Positions 30,434 through 41,544 of a stretch of 64,000 nucleotides of DNA are shown here, piece after piece (the first letter of the stretch is position 1; each line of letters starts with the position of its first letter). Where the stretch lies: NCBI GenBank assembly GCA_049317265.1, contig JBMOIP010000012.1:4612-68611 (forward strand). Direction: 5' to 3'. The notes beneath the pieces are model-generated. The model worked only from the letters and a program-made list of their open reading frames with translations, did no database searches and had not been told where the DNA came from. The translations under genes were made by a program, and so were the position numbers. Origin of the DNA: Bacteroidales bacterium (GTDB lineage: Bacteria > Bacteroidota > Bacteroidia > Bacteroidales > FEN-979).

Positions 30434-33094
30434 TTAAAAATATTTATGAATTAATGTCATCAGTTCATCTTTGTTGATAGGTTTGGTGATGTGATCATTG
30501 CAACCGGCATCAATTGACTGTTCGCGGTCGCATGACAAACCAAATGCAGTTTGAGCGATGATAACCACATCCCGGTTGAATTTACGGATCTCCTGGGTGG
30601 CTTCGTATCCATTCATCCCGGGCATCCTGATATCCATCAGTACCAGGTCAATATCGGGATTATTGCGGCAAAATTCAACAGCTTCAATTCCGGTCCTTGC
30701 ATTGAGAATCTGCCTGGCAAATGGTTTAATTTTGATGGTAATCAACATCTCCGAGACTTCATCGTCTTCGGCAATTAATATTTTCAAGTCCGGGAGGTAA
30801 CTACCACTCCTCTCTTGAACCACCTCAATTTCTGCTCTGTGCATTTCCGTTGGTTCATCAGGATATGGCATCGTGAAATAGAAAATTGAACCTGTGCCTT
30901 CTTCCCCTTCAACCCATATCTTTCCACCATGCAGCTCCACTATTTTTTTGCAGTGCGCCAGGCCAATTCCGAGTCCGGGGTAATCACTGCTTTTATGCAG
31001 GCGTTTGAAAATGACAAAAACCTTATCGCGGTTCCTGGAATCAATGCCAATTCCATTGTCAGTGACCGAAAAAAGCCACTCCTTCTCACGCATTTCTGCC
31101 GACAGCCTGATGTGGGGCTGTATATCCTTTTTGCGAAATTTAATTGCGTTAGCGATCAGGTTCTGGAACAACAGTCGCAACTCCGTTTCATGACACTTAA
31201 CCGCAGGCAGCTCACCAACGGTAATTATCGCATTGCTTTCCCTGGTTAAATCTATTAAGTCAGCAAGTACTTCATCAACAATTTTCCTGCAGGCAACAAC
31301 TTTGGTCTCAATTTCGCTCCCCAAAACTGAATACTTCAGCAATCCGGTGACGAGTTCCCTCATCCTGGAGGATGCCTTGTAAATAAAATCGATGTATCTG
31401 ATACCATCATCATCAATTTTATCTGAATACTCTTCCTTAAGAAGCTGTGTGAAGTTGGTTAGTGTACGCAAAGGTTCCTGCAGGTCGTGCGAGGTGATGT
31501 AGGTGAATTGTTCTATTTCGCTGTTATGAAACAAAAGTTCCTTGTTCGATGCTTCAAGCTGGGCTGTTCGCTCTGCAATGCTGTTTTCAAGGGATTCATT
31601 TAATTTGCGAATCTCCTTTTCCGCCTTTTTCCGACCGGTAATATCATGCGATGACCATAATAGGTAGGCACATGACCCGCCAATTCCTGGCACAGGGATG
31701 ATGCTGACATCGGCGAAATAGCGTCCCATGGGCGTATCAATGTCCTCTTCGTAAAAAACAGGCTTGCCTGTTTTGATTGGTTCGTGAAAAAGGAGCAGTG
31801 TTGATTCCAGCAGATTGTCGTTAAGCCCGAGAATCTCATGAAGCAAATATTCGATTGGCTGCCCTGAAACGTTTTCAGCCGAGATATTGTAACCAAATAA
31901 ATGTGCTGAATCCAGGTACTGTCTGTTAATGGCAGCAATACGGAGTTCGCCACCAGGCTCCACCTTCATGAGCAACTGCCTGTCGTGGTTGTTGTTGAAG
32001 ATCAATGACAGCCGGTTTTCGCTCAGCCTTAACAACTCCTCAGATTGCTTGTGAGCTGTGATGTCCCTTGCCAGAAACACAATTCCAATGACAACTCCCT
32101 TGCGGTCCCTCAACGGCGAGCTTGAAAAAATGACAGGGATGACTTTTCCGTTTTTCGCGACAAGTTCACCATCCCGGCTTGTAATAGTATCATTTCCGGT
32201 GATTTGTTCCAACAGATGCACCGTGTTTGTGTCTTCCTGAAAAAGAGCAGAAATGAATGATCCTTCCAGTTCACCTTGTTCATAAATCAGTTTTTCTGAG
32301 GTGGCATTATTTATTTTAAGGATTGTACCTCCAGGTGAAAGCAGGATTAAAAATTCATCCATCGCAGAGATGATACTCTCCGCTGCAACCATTGGCGTGA
32401 TGGATAAAAACCTGTACTTATAAATTGAGTATAACACTCCAACTGTAAAAAAACAGATCAGCAGGTTTGCAATTGGAGGAAAACTGTAGATACCTGCAGT
32501 TTGCAGTATAACATCTGTCAGAGTTCCTGCAAAAATTGACACACAGGATGATAAGACAAAAATTATTGCCTGTTTTTTCTCATTGAGAACGGGTGTTTGC
32601 CGGCCATAATTATACATGATCACCATTGAAGCCAGGCTGAATATCAAATAGTAAGCATAAAACAGGGATGTGGTGATGGAATTCGTCCAGTCGAATGACC
32701 ATCCGTATGGCTGCCGAACCGGGTTTACGGACAGATTGTTTGAAAACTGATTATACAGAAAAAACAAGGGTATTCCCAGGATTAAGAACAAAAACCAACG
32801 ATTTGCAACGAGTTTAGCATTTTTTGAAAAGACAAGAGAAAAACAGAGTACGGCACTGGCAAATCCAATCCAGCCAATCGAAGCGATGTTCTGCATCATT
32901 TTCACGGTGTCTTCCGTAATGGATATGTCGTGATTGTGGGCAATGATATCTCCAAAATTCCACAAGGCGAAGCAAAGCAACAGGATTGAACAGGTCCGGT
33001 TTAACAATGACCTCGCATTTAAAAAAATGACATATACTGTCAGGAACAGGCATATGATAAAGGCCAAAAAATGCAGAAAGGGAAGAAAAATCAT
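30434..33094 (-). CDS. 7TM (HisKA_7TM-like) PAS-PAS hybrid histidine kinase with receiver domain
   Basis: Seven hydrophobic helices, two PAS-like regions, SHDLQEPLR H-box, NLIANAIKF, DNGIG, GIGLA, C-terminal REC. Confidence 0.9.
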   Translation of the reverse strand: MIFLPFLHFLAFIICLFLTVYVIFLNARSLLNRTCSILLLCFALWNFGDIIAHNHDISITEDTVKMMQNIASIGWIGFASAVLCFSLVFSKNAKLVANRWFLFLILGIPLFFLYNQFSNNLSVNPVRQPYGWSFDWTNSITTSLFYAYYLIFSLASMVIMYNYGRQTPVLNEKKQAIIFVLSSCVSIFAGTLTDVILQTAGIYSFPPIANLLICFFTVGVLYSIYKYRFLSITPMVAAESIISAMDEFLILLSPGGTILKINNATSEKLIYEQGELEGSFISALFQEDTNTVHLLEQITGNDTITSRDGELVAKNGKVIPVIFSSSPLRDRKGVVIGIVFLARDITAHKQSEELLRLSENRLSLIFNNNHDRQLLMKVEPGGELRIAAINRQYLDSAHLFGYNISAENVSGQPIEYLLHEILGLNDNLLESTLLLFHEPIKTGKPVFYEEDIDTPMGRYFADVSIIPVPGIGGSCAYLLWSSHDITGRKKAEKEIRKLNESLENSIAERTAQLEASNKELLFHNSEIEQFTYITSHDLQEPLRTLTNFTQLLKEEYSDKIDDDGIRYIDFIYKASSRMRELVTGLLKYSVLGSEIETKVVACRKIVDEVLADLIDLTRESNAIITVGELPAVKCHETELRLLFQNLIANAIKFRKKDIQPHIRLSAEMREKEWLFSVTDNGIGIDSRNRDKVFVIFKRLHKSSDYPGLGIGLAHCKKIVELHGGKIWVEGEEGTGSIFYFTMPYPDEPTEMHRAEIEVVQERSGSYLPDLKILIAEDDEVSEMLITIKIKPFARQILNARTGIEAVEFCRNNPDIDLVLMDIRMPGMNGYEATQEIRKFNRDVVIIAQTAFGLSCDREQSIDAGCNDHITKPINKDELMTLIHKYF

Positions 33095-33140
33095 TATACC
33101 TTATCGTTTTGAATTTACATATAAGACAATCTGTATTTTA

Positions 33141-34454
33141 TTAACTCACAATTGGTTCTATATTGTATGGCAATGTGAAGTAGAAAACTGAACCTTTGCC
33201 CTCCTCGCTTTCAACCCAAATTGTACCGCCAAGCATCTCAACGTATGCTTTCGTGATCGACAGGCCCAATCCGGCTCCCTGCCGTGCCATTTTATCTGCA
33301 ATATCAACCTGGATAAAACGCTCAAATATGATATTCTTGTTCTCATTGGAAATGCCAATACCCGTGTCTTTAACATAAAATTGCAAAAACCATTTATGCT
33401 TATGATCAATAATTTCGTAGCCGATCTCTATTTCTCCGTGGTCTGTGAATTTTATTGCATTTTTAACCAGGTTGGTAAGGATGGCATAAACCTTTTCCTT
33501 GTCGGTCCTTATGACGGACTCATTGTGCGGCAACGTGACTTTCATTAAAAACCGGATCCCCCTGGCTTCAATTTCCGGTTTAAAAAAATGATAGATGTAT
33601 TCGAATTGTTCGTTTATATTCGATTCGGTGAGGGTAATTTTCATGAGCCCAGCTTCTATCCTCGAGATGTCAACAATATCGTTAATGATGTTCAGCATCC
33701 GGGCTCCGCTTTTCTCGATCATACCAACGTACAATTGCTGAAGGTCACCGCTAAGGTTAGGCTCTTTCAGCAACTCTGCAAAACCGAGAATCCCATTCAT
33801 CGGGGTCCTGATCTCATGCGACATATTGGCAAGGAATGCTGATTTCAGCTTGTCAGCAACCTGTGCCTTTTTATGTTCATTGATGTAGAATCGTAAAGCG
33901 ATATTGATCAGAAATATGCTGATGAAGAAATAGATGATCATCCCAATATAAAGATCAGAAAGCCGGGTAAAATCATTTGGATATTTCTCAATCATGCCTG
34001 GATTGTAATACTCTATTGCAAAGAGAACCGTGATATTGGCTAATAAAATACAAGATGCAATCAGTTGGATATAGCTTTTAAAGAACACAATGATAAATGA
34101 TTCCAGCACAATAAAAAGATAGAGTACCGGCCCTGTTGATCCGTAATTAATAAACCATTGGAAATTAACTATGAATACAGAGAATGCTATAAGGGCATAT
34201 TTAGAAACAACAAATCGGTTCCACATCCTGCTATAGATGTAACCAAGTAAAAAGAGAATGGTGGGAATGCCCGTTGAAATAGTCGTTGGCCAACCGAGAT
34301 TCAATGCATAATTGGTCAGTGTTGCAAAAAAACAAATCAATAAGTCAAGCAGTAAGAGAATCAGTACAAGATAGTTGTCGAATCCAATTTCATCTGGACT
34401 TTTAAAGAGGTATTGACTTATCCTTGTTTTCAAGCCGCGCTGGTTTAAGATCAC
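33141..34454 (-). CDS. Membrane-bound sensor histidine kinase
   Basis: About six TM helices, [32 protein letters not shown]; GTG start. Confidence 0.9.
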   Translation of the reverse strand: MILNQRGLKTRISQYLFKSPDEIGFDNYLVLILLLLDLLICFFATLTNYALNLGWPTTISTGIPTILFLLGYIYSRMWNRFVVSKYALIAFSVFIVNFQWFINYGSTGPVLYLFIVLESFIIVFFKSYIQLIASCILLANITVLFAIEYYNPGMIEKYPNDFTRLSDLYIGMIIYFFISIFLINIALRFYINEHKKAQVADKLKSAFLANMSHEIRTPMNGILGFAELLKEPNLSGDLQQLYVGMIEKSGARMLNIINDIVDISRIEAGLMKITLTESNINEQFEYIYHFFKPEIEARGIRFLMKVTLPHNESVIRTDKEKVYAILTNLVKNAIKFTDHGEIEIGYEIIDHKHKWFLQFYVKDTGIGISNENKNIIFERFIQVDIADKMARQGAGLGLSITKAYVEMLGGTIWVESEEGKGSVFYFTLPYNIEPIVS

Positions 34455-34678
34455 ATTAACCGGGAAAAACCGGAGTGAGTAGACACATTCCCAAGATGTT
34501 ATGCATCAAGGGTAACACATTTTTCCATAAAGATATATATAATGGTTTGATTCGCAAAAGATTTTTCGCATAAAACATGTACTTTTGCGTAACATTATAA
34601 AAATGTCCGGAAAACATCAATATGGACGCAGGGGAAGTGCGAAATCCAGCTCTTTGACAGCAGGAAAAACAAGTTGAG

Positions 34679-35623
34679 ATGCCTTTACCAGGAAAAAAAG
34701 AGGTTTCATCCGTCATGGTCATTATTGCCTTTGCCACAGTATACCTGGTTTGGGGCTCAACCTATTTTTTCATCCAGGTTGCAGTTCAGCATTTCCCCCC
34801 GATGATCCTTGGGGCCCTGCGTTTTTTAGCCGCCGGACTTCTGCTGTTGGGCTGGTGCCTGCTCAACGGAGAAGGTTTTGGCACATGGCGCCAGATCAAA
34901 CCTGCCATCATTTCAGGCCTGTTGCTGCTGCTGGTAGGCACCGGGGCAGTGATCTGGGCGGAGAAAACACTTCCCAGCTCATTGGTTGCAGTCCTGGTCT
35001 CAACATCACCCTTCTGGTTTGTGCTTCTCGACATTCCAAAATGGAGGGAAAACCTCACCAATCGCTCCATCATCACAGGATTGATATTTGGATTTGTCGG
35101 GGTTACCCTGATGTTCAGTGAGAAGATTTTTCACGCCATTTCCTCCGCCAACAATTTGGATGAAATTTTCGGACTGGCAATCCTGCTGATAGGGACGATT
35201 AGCTGGGCAGGTGGTTCGCTCTACTCAAAATATAATTCCTCCGGCTCGACCACTGTAAGTTCGGCATGGCAGATGCTTGCTGCCGGAACCGCCTTTTTAC
35301 TGGGCAGTTTTCTTTTAAATGAATGGAACGGTTTTGAATTGAGATCGGTAACAACAGGTTCATGGTTATCAGTCTTGTACCTTATTTTAATGGGATCACT
35401 GGCTGCCTACAGCGCCTATGTATGGCTCCTGAAAGTAAAATCCGCAACCCAGGTAAGCACCTATGCTTATGTAAACCCGGTTATTGCTGTATTGCTCGGC
35501 GTGTTTTTCGCAGGCGAACACCTGAGTTTCATGCAGGTAAGCGGCCTCGTGGTTATCCTGGTCAGTGTTTTACTGATCAATCTTGCAAAATACAGGAGCG
35601 AGCAAAAGCAGGTAAAAGGCTAA
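34679..35623 (+). CDS. EamA/DMT family transporter (YedA-like)
   Basis: VYLVWGSTY, ALRF, GSLAAYSAYVWLL, STYAYVNPVIAV; about 10 TM helices. Confidence 0.92.
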   Translation: MPLPGKKEVSSVMVIIAFATVYLVWGSTYFFIQVAVQHFPPMILGALRFLAAGLLLLGWCLLNGEGFGTWRQIKPAIISGLLLLLVGTGAVIWAEKTLPSSLVAVLVSTSPFWFVLLDIPKWRENLTNRSIITGLIFGFVGVTLMFSEKIFHAISSANNLDEIFGLAILLIGTISWAGGSLYSKYNSSGSTTVSSAWQMLAAGTAFLLGSFLLNEWNGFELRSVTTGSWLSVLYLILMGSLAAYSAYVWLLKVKSATQVSTYAYVNPVIAVLLGVFFAGEHLSFMQVSGLVVILVSVLLINLAKYRSEQKQVKG

Positions 35624-35680
35624 GATGCTACAATAATCCTGTTTTTTTTTACCTTTACATGGCATTTTCAATCCTGGCAC

Positions 35681-36595
35681 ATGCTACATAAAAATTACAG
35701 AACATCCCTTGTGTTCGTTCTTCTGATATTCATCACGGCTTCCTGCACCCGGAAATATATGGTGATCACCTCGCCTGAAAAGATGCCTCCGCCGCGACAA
35801 ATCGAACAACCGGTCAGGATAGCCCTGGTGCTGGGTGGAGGCGCCTTCAGGGGCATTGCCCACCTGGGCGTTCTGAAGGTACTTGAAGATGAGCATATCC
35901 CCTTCGATCTAATCATTGGGACGAGTGCAGGTAGTCTCGTCGGAGCGATCTATTCGAACAATCCGGATGCGGATTCGCTTTTCCCTCTGGTTAATCTGAC
36001 AACCAGGAAGGATGTTTTCGACTTCTCCATGTTCCGGTCGAAACTGGGCTATGTATACGGGAAACGGCTTCAGGAGTACATCACCAGGAATATAACGGTG
36101 ACCAATATTGAAGAGACAAAGATCCCGTTCATTGCGATGACCAGCGACATCATCCATGGCAAATCGATTGCAATTGAGTCGGGACCAATAGCTCCTGCTG
36201 TTAATGCCTCCTGTGCCATTCCCTATATTTTCGTCCCTGTAAAAATGTACGGTATGACCCTGGTAGATGGCGGGGTGCTGGACAATGTGGCTGCCGATGT
36301 GGCCAGGAGAAAAGGCGCAAAGATGATCATTGCGGTGGATGTGATGGCCGATTTCGATACAACCCCCAACCTTGCCAACAAAACCAAGGTGCATGAACGG
36401 TCATCCGCCATGGCCATGCGCAACCTGAACAAGGAGCGTATGAAAGAAGCAGATGTGTTGATTGTCCCTGATTTACAGGGAATACCGATGATGAGCGACA
36501 AGTATAATGCACGGATGTATGAAGCGGGGATGAAAGCTGCCCGGGATATGATGCCCCATATCCGGGAGATCCTCCGGATAAAGGGAATTAACTGA
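35681..36595 (+). CDS. Patatin-like phospholipase, probable lipoprotein
   Basis: LGGGAFRG, GTSAG nucleophile motif, DGG; lipobox-like ITASC. Confidence 0.92.
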   Translation: MLHKNYRTSLVFVLLIFITASCTRKYMVITSPEKMPPPRQIEQPVRIALVLGGGAFRGIAHLGVLKVLEDEHIPFDLIIGTSAGSLVGAIYSNNPDADSLFPLVNLTTRKDVFDFSMFRSKLGYVYGKRLQEYITRNITVTNIEETKIPFIAMTSDIIHGKSIAIESGPIAPAVNASCAIPYIFVPVKMYGMTLVDGGVLDNVAADVARRKGAKMIIAVDVMADFDTTPNLANKTKVHERSSAMAMRNLNKERMKEADVLIVPDLQGIPMMSDKYNARMYEAGMKAARDMMPHIREILRIKGIN

Positions 36596-36632
36596 TGTTC
36601 AGCCTTCACAATTTTTCAGGGCGATTAATTAA

Positions 36633-36713
36633 TTTGGTGGATATTAAATATTTCGTATCTTTGCACACGATTTAGTTAAGCACGATGCGGGGGGACGGAA
36701 AGTCCCCTCTTTT
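36633..36713 (+). promoter_or_regulatory. rimP operon promoter and rimP-leader attenuator-like hairpin
   Basis: TTTG (36633-36636), 19 bp, TATCTTTG (36656-36663); then GGGGGGAC-GGAAA-GTCCCCTC-TTTT (36689-36713). Confidence 0.75.
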
Positions 36714-36724
36714 ATTAATAACCT

Positions 36725-37183
36725 ATGATCACGGAAGCGAAAGTAGTCAAGCTGATTGAAGCACACCTTGCAGAAGGTGATTGTTTTCTCGTGGAGGTTG
36801 GCATCAGAACAGGAAACAGGATTACTGTATTCATCGATGGTGATCATGGGGTTAACATAGAAGTTTGCCGCGGATTAAATCACTTTCTCAATGAAACTCT
36901 TGACAGGGATGCTGAAGACTTCGATCTTACGGTTTCATCAGCCGGCGCCGACCGCCCTTTAAAACTACCACGGCAATACCGGAAGAATATCGGGAAATCA
37001 CTGGATGTGGTAACAAACACAGGAGAAAAACTGACCGGACTGGTTTTGAAGGCAGATGAAACCTGTGTGGAGCTTGAAATTGCCCCTTTAAAGAAGACAA
37101 AGAAGGATCAGGAAATAAAGATTATATCGCTGAAATTCAGCGACATAAAATCAGCAAAAGAAGTAATCACTTTTAAACAGTAG
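36725..37183 (+). CDS. rimP: Ribosome maturation factor RimP
   Basis: DFDLTVSSAG...PLK...QYRKNIG; first gene of the rimP-nusA-infB operon. Confidence 0.93.
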   Translation: MITEAKVVKLIEAHLAEGDCFLVEVGIRTGNRITVFIDGDHGVNIEVCRGLNHFLNETLDRDAEDFDLTVSSAGADRPLKLPRQYRKNIGKSLDVVTNTGEKLTGLVLKADETCVELEIAPLKKTKKDQEIKIISLKFSDIKSAKEVITFKQ

Positions 37184-37194
37184 AATTACCAACA

Positions 37195-38430
37195 ATGGAA
37201 CATCTGAATTTAGTCGAAACCTTTTCAGAATTCAAGGAATTCAAGAACATCGACAGGGAAACCATGATGCGCATCCTGGAAGATGTATTCAAACATATGC
37301 TGACGAAACGGTTTGGATCGGCCGACAATTTTGACATCATTGTAAATATTGACAAAGGCGACCTTGAAATTTTCCGCTCCCGGACCATTGTCGAAGATGG
37401 CGCCGTAGAGGATGAAAACACCCAGGTACCGCTATCTGAAGCCATTAAGGTCGAACCCGATTTTGAAGTTGGGGAAGAACTTTCGGAGGAGATCAAACTA
37501 GGTAGTTTTGGCCGGCGCGAAATCCTTGCCATCCGTCAAAACCTCATCTCGAAGATCCAGGAGTATGAGAAAAATAATGTCTATGCCAAATACCGTGAAA
37601 AAATCGGCGAGATCATCTCCGGTGAGGTTTACCAGGTATGGAAAAAAGAGATCCTTGTACTGGATGATGAAAGCATTGAATTGCTTCTTCCCAAATCGGA
37701 GCAGATCCCTTCTGATTTTTACAGAAAAGGGGATACCATCAGGGCGGTCGTCTCCAAGGTGGAGATGAAAAACAATAATCCGATCATCATCCTGTCCCGC
37801 ACTTCCGAGTCATTCCTGGAGCGGTTATTTGAATCCGAAGTCCCGGAAGTTTATGACGGACTGATCAATATTAAAAAAATCGTCAGGGTGCCCGGTGAAC
37901 GTGCCAAGATTGCTGTTGAATCCTATGACGACCGTATCGATCCTGTTGGCGCCTGCGTAGGGATGAAAGGAAGCCGTATTCATGGCATCGTACGTGAATT
38001 AAAAAATGAGAACATCGACGTAATCAACTATACATCAAATCCCTCTTTATTCATTCAACGGGCCCTCAGCCCCGCGAAAGTATCTTCGATCGTAATTATT
38101 GAAGAGGAAAAGAGAGCCGACGTGTACATGAAACCCGACCAGGTTTCACTGGCCATTGGTAAAGGCGGTTTCAACATTAAACTTGCCGGTAAGCTTACCG
38201 GGTATGAAATTGACGTGTACCGCGATACCGATGTTGACAATGAAGATGTTGATATCCAGGAGTTTTCCGATGAAATCGATCAGTGGATCATTGATGAACT
38301 GAAGTCCATCGGTTGTGACACGGCAAAGAGTGTGCTCGACATGGATGTTGAGGAATTGGTGAAGCGTACCGACCTTGAAGAGGAGACCATCAATGAAGTC
38401 GTCCGTATTTTAAGATCGGAATTTGAATAA
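37195..38430 (+). CDS. nusA: Transcription termination/antitermination factor NusA
   Basis: S1 and KH domains; RIDPVGACVGMKGSRI; SLAIGKGG. Confidence 0.98.
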   Translation: MEHLNLVETFSEFKEFKNIDRETMMRILEDVFKHMLTKRFGSADNFDIIVNIDKGDLEIFRSRTIVEDGAVEDENTQVPLSEAIKVEPDFEVGEELSEEIKLGSFGRREILAIRQNLISKIQEYEKNNVYAKYREKIGEIISGEVYQVWKKEILVLDDESIELLLPKSEQIPSDFYRKGDTIRAVVSKVEMKNNNPIIILSRTSESFLERLFESEVPEVYDGLINIKKIVRVPGERAKIAVESYDDRIDPVGACVGMKGSRIHGIVRELKNENIDVINYTSNPSLFIQRALSPAKVSSIVIIEEEKRADVYMKPDQVSLAIGKGGFNIKLAGKLTGYEIDVYRDTDVDNEDVDIQEFSDEIDQWIIDELKSIGCDTAKSVLDMDVEELVKRTDLEEETINEVVRILRSEFE

Positions 38431-38449
38431 AAAACCATAATTTTGCTGA

Positions 38450-41400
38450 ATGAGTGAAGGTATAACAACTACCAGGTTAAGCAAAGCTGCTCGGGAATTT
38501 AACATTGGGATCAAGACCGTAGTGGATTTCCTTGTTAAGAAGGGTTTCCCGATGGACATGGATCCCAACGCGAAATTATCTCCGGAGATGTACAGTCTCC
38601 TGATGAAGGAGTTTGCGTCGGAAAAACATGTTAAAGAAGAGGCAAAGAAGATTGGGCTGCAATTTGCCACCCATGAAACGATAACCATAGAAGACAAGAA
38701 AACGGCATTCAAGGATCGTGAGAAAGAACTTGATGACCTGTTTATCAAGAATGTCTCCATGGAGTTCGAGAAAAAGCAGCACGACGCTGCCCGGAAGCCA
38801 AAGGAAGTTATTGCCAAAGAACCCGTTAAAGAAGAGAAGAAAGTTGAAGTCATACCTCCACAGGAAATTCCATCACCCCCTGTAACCATCCCGGAGGAAA
38901 AGTTGCCGGAACCGGTGGTTGTTGAAACACCACCTGTAACTCAGGCCCCCGAACCACCACCTCCACCCGTCGTCGTCGTCGTAGCCGAACCGGTCATTGC
39001 CGAAGCTCCGAAGAGTGAGGCTCCTGTTGAGCAAACACCTGAGCCACCTCAACAACCTGTTGAGGCACAGGCAACCGAACCTGTCGTTGAACCTGAACAA
39101 AAACCGACAAATGACTTAAAGATTGTCGGCAAAATGGACCTGGCTGTTTTTGAGAAAAAATTATCCAAAAAAGTTAAAACCCAACCCCAGCCGGAATCAG
39201 AAGTTCAGTTAACTCCGCTTCCAACCCCGGAACCGGAAGCGGTTGTTGAAGCAAAGCTGCCGGAAGAGGTTGTTCCTGTAGCAGCTGTGGTCGAAACTAT
39301 TCCCGAAGAACCGGTAATCCAGAAACCGGCTGCCCCGGTGCAGGAGTCAAACTTTCTGCCTACCGAGCGGATCATTCTTGAAGGCCCGACCATCCTTGGT
39401 TCCATTATCCTTCCCGAACCTAAAAAATTCGAAAAGAAAAAACCACAACCCATTGCATCCTCCTCTGATGAGACCCTGAAGTCGAAAAAGAAGAAGCGTA
39501 AACGCATTAAACGCCAGGGCGAAGTTGGCACACCTTCCACCACAGCCAGTACGGATACTCCGCGGCTTGCGCTGCATAAGCCAACCCTTGCCAAGGATAA
39601 GAAATTCCATAAGGATATTCAGAAACCTGAAGTAACTTCAGAGGATATTGAAAAGCAGATCAAAGAAACCCTTGCACGGCTGAGTCCTTCTGGCAAATCA
39701 AAGGCATCGAAATACCGTAAAGCCAAGCGTGATGCCGTAAGCCACCAGATGCACCAGGAACAGGAGCGAATGGAAGAGGGCAAGCAGGTGATCAAGGTTA
39801 CTGAATTTGTTACCGCCAATGAACTTGCATCGATGTTGAATGTCCCCGTCACAGATGTTATCTCCACCTGTATGGCGCTGGGTATGTTCGTATCCATCAA
39901 TCAGCGTCTCGATGCTGAAACCCTCACCCTTGTTGCTGAAGAATTCGGACATAAAGTTGAATTCGTCAGTGTGGAAGTTCAGGAAGCCATCAAGCAGAAT
40001 GAACCCGACAAACCTGAAGACCTGGTTGACCGTCCGCCCATTGTCACCGTTATGGGACATGTGGACCACGGGAAAACCAAACTCCTCGATTTCATCAGGA
40101 GCACCAATGTGGTTGCAGGTGAAGCAGGGGGTATTACCCAGCACATCGGCGCTTATGAAGTACAGCGTGAAGACGGGAAAAAAATCACTTTCCTTGACAC
40201 CCCTGGTCACGAAGCCTTCACGGCCATGCGTGCCCGTGGTGCAGGTATTACCGACGTTGCAATTATCGTGATTGCTTCCGATGAAAATGTAATGCCCCAA
40301 ACCCGCGAGGCCATTAACCATGCCCTTGCAGCAGGAGTTCCAATTGTTTTCGCATTCAATAAAATGGATAAAGCGAATGCAAACCCTGAAAAGGTCCGCG
40401 AAGAGTTATCCAAGATGAATATCCTTGTTGAAGAGTGGGGCGGTAAATACCAGACCCAGGAGATCTCTGCTAAGGTTGGTACCAATGTGGAATTACTGCT
40501 GGAGAAGGTATTGCTTGAAGCAGAAATGCTCAGCCTGAAAGCCAATCCCAAGAGGCTCGCCACAGGAACGGTCATTGAATCATCCCTTGACAAGGGCCGT
40601 GGATACGTGGCAAAACTCCTGGTTCAAAACGGCACTTTGCGCGTTGGAGACATTGTTCTTGCCGGGGCAACCTATGGCAAAGTAAAGGCGATGTACAACG
40701 AGCGTAATATTCCTATCAAGGAAGCAGGTCCTTCACAACCCATGCTGATGCTTGGCCTGAACGGAGCTCCACAGGCTGGTGACGGTTTCAATGTCATGGC
40801 CGATGAAAAAGAGTCGAAACTCATTGCCACCAAGCGCTTGCAGCTGCAGCGTGAGCAGGGTTTGCGTACCCAGAAGCACATCACCCTGGATGAGATCGGA
40901 AGACGTATCGCCATTGGTGACTTCAAAGAACTCAACATCATTGTCAAGTGCGATGTGGACGGTTCTGTTGAAGCGCTTTCAGATTCACTGTTGAAATTAT
41001 CCAATGAGGAGGTAATGGTTAATGTGATCCACAAATCGGTTGGTGCCATTACTGAATCTGACGTCTTGCTGGCATCTGCTTCTAACGCGATTATTGTTGG
41101 ATTCCAGGTGCGCCCATCTGTGAATGCACGCAAACTTGCAGAAGCAGAACAGATCGACATCCGTCTCTATTCAATTATTTACCAGGCCATTGAAGAGATC
41201 AAGGCCGCTATCGAAGGTATGTTGTCCCCTGAAATCGAGGAGAAGATCCTATGCAACATTGAAGTCCGTGATGTGTTCAAAATCACCAAAGTGGGTTCTG
41301 TTGCCGGCTGTATGGTGCTCGACGGAAAAGTGACCAGGAATACCAAAATCAGGGTAATCCGCGATGGCATTGTGGTACATACCGGCATGCTGGGATCTCT

Positions 41401-41536
41401 CAAACGCTTCAAGGACGATGTGAAGGAAGTTCAAACCGGCTATGAATGCGGGTTAAATATTGACAACTTCAATGACATCAAAGTGGGAGATATCGTTGAA
41501 GGTTACGAGCTTACCGAAGTAAAAAGGAAACTTTAA
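38450..41536 (+). CDS. infB: Translation initiation factor IF-2
   Basis: [26 protein letters not shown]; Pro/Glu-rich N-terminal linker. Confidence 0.99.
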   Translation: MSEGITTTRLSKAAREFNIGIKTVVDFLVKKGFPMDMDPNAKLSPEMYSLLMKEFASEKHVKEEAKKIGLQFATHETITIEDKKTAFKDREKELDDLFIKNVSMEFEKKQHDAARKPKEVIAKEPVKEEKKVEVIPPQEIPSPPVTIPEEKLPEPVVVETPPVTQAPEPPPPPVVVVVAEPVIAEAPKSEAPVEQTPEPPQQPVEAQATEPVVEPEQKPTNDLKIVGKMDLAVFEKKLSKKVKTQPQPESEVQLTPLPTPEPEAVVEAKLPEEVVPVAAVVETIPEEPVIQKPAAPVQESNFLPTERIILEGPTILGSIILPEPKKFEKKKPQPIASSSDETLKSKKKKRKRIKRQGEVGTPSTTASTDTPRLALHKPTLAKDKKFHKDIQKPEVTSEDIEKQIKETLARLSPSGKSKASKYRKAKRDAVSHQMHQEQERMEEGKQVIKVTEFVTANELASMLNVPVTDVISTCMALGMFVSINQRLDAETLTLVAEEFGHKVEFVSVEVQEAIKQNEPDKPEDLVDRPPIVTVMGHVDHGKTKLLDFIRSTNVVAGEAGGITQHIGAYEVQREDGKKITFLDTPGHEAFTAMRARGAGITDVAIIVIASDENVMPQTREAINHALAAGVPIVFAFNKMDKANANPEKVREELSKMNILVEEWGGKYQTQEISAKVGTNVELLLEKVLLEAEMLSLKANPKRLATGTVIESSLDKGRGYVAKLLVQNGTLRVGDIVLAGATYGKVKAMYNERNIPIKEAGPSQPMLMLGLNGAPQAGDGFNVMADEKESKLIATKRLQLQREQGLRTQKHITLDEIGRRIAIGDFKELNIIVKCDVDGSVEALSDSLLKLSNEEVMVNVIHKSVGAITESDVLLASASNAIIVGFQVRPSVNARKLAEAEQIDIRLYSIIYQAIEEIKAAIEGMLSPEIEEKILCNIEVRDVFKITKVGSVAGCMVLDGKVTRNTKIRVIRDGIVVHTGMLGSLKRFKDDVKEVQTGYECGLNIDNFNDIKVGDIVEGYELTEVKRKL

Positions 41537-41544
41537 AAGGGAGA

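Noticed and set aside
34606-34640. Resemblance to a c-di-GMP-I or guanidine riboswitch
   Set aside because: Lacks the GNRA tetraloop, the GCAAA junction and second stem, and the ACGR loops.
38820-39350. Pro/Glu-rich stretch in IF-2 as an insertion or intein
   Set aside because: Normal variable low-complexity IF-2 linker; no intein motifs.
39698-40321. 207-aa ORF antisense to infB, and the many similar short nested ORFs
   Set aside because: Explained by codon bias of the real genes.
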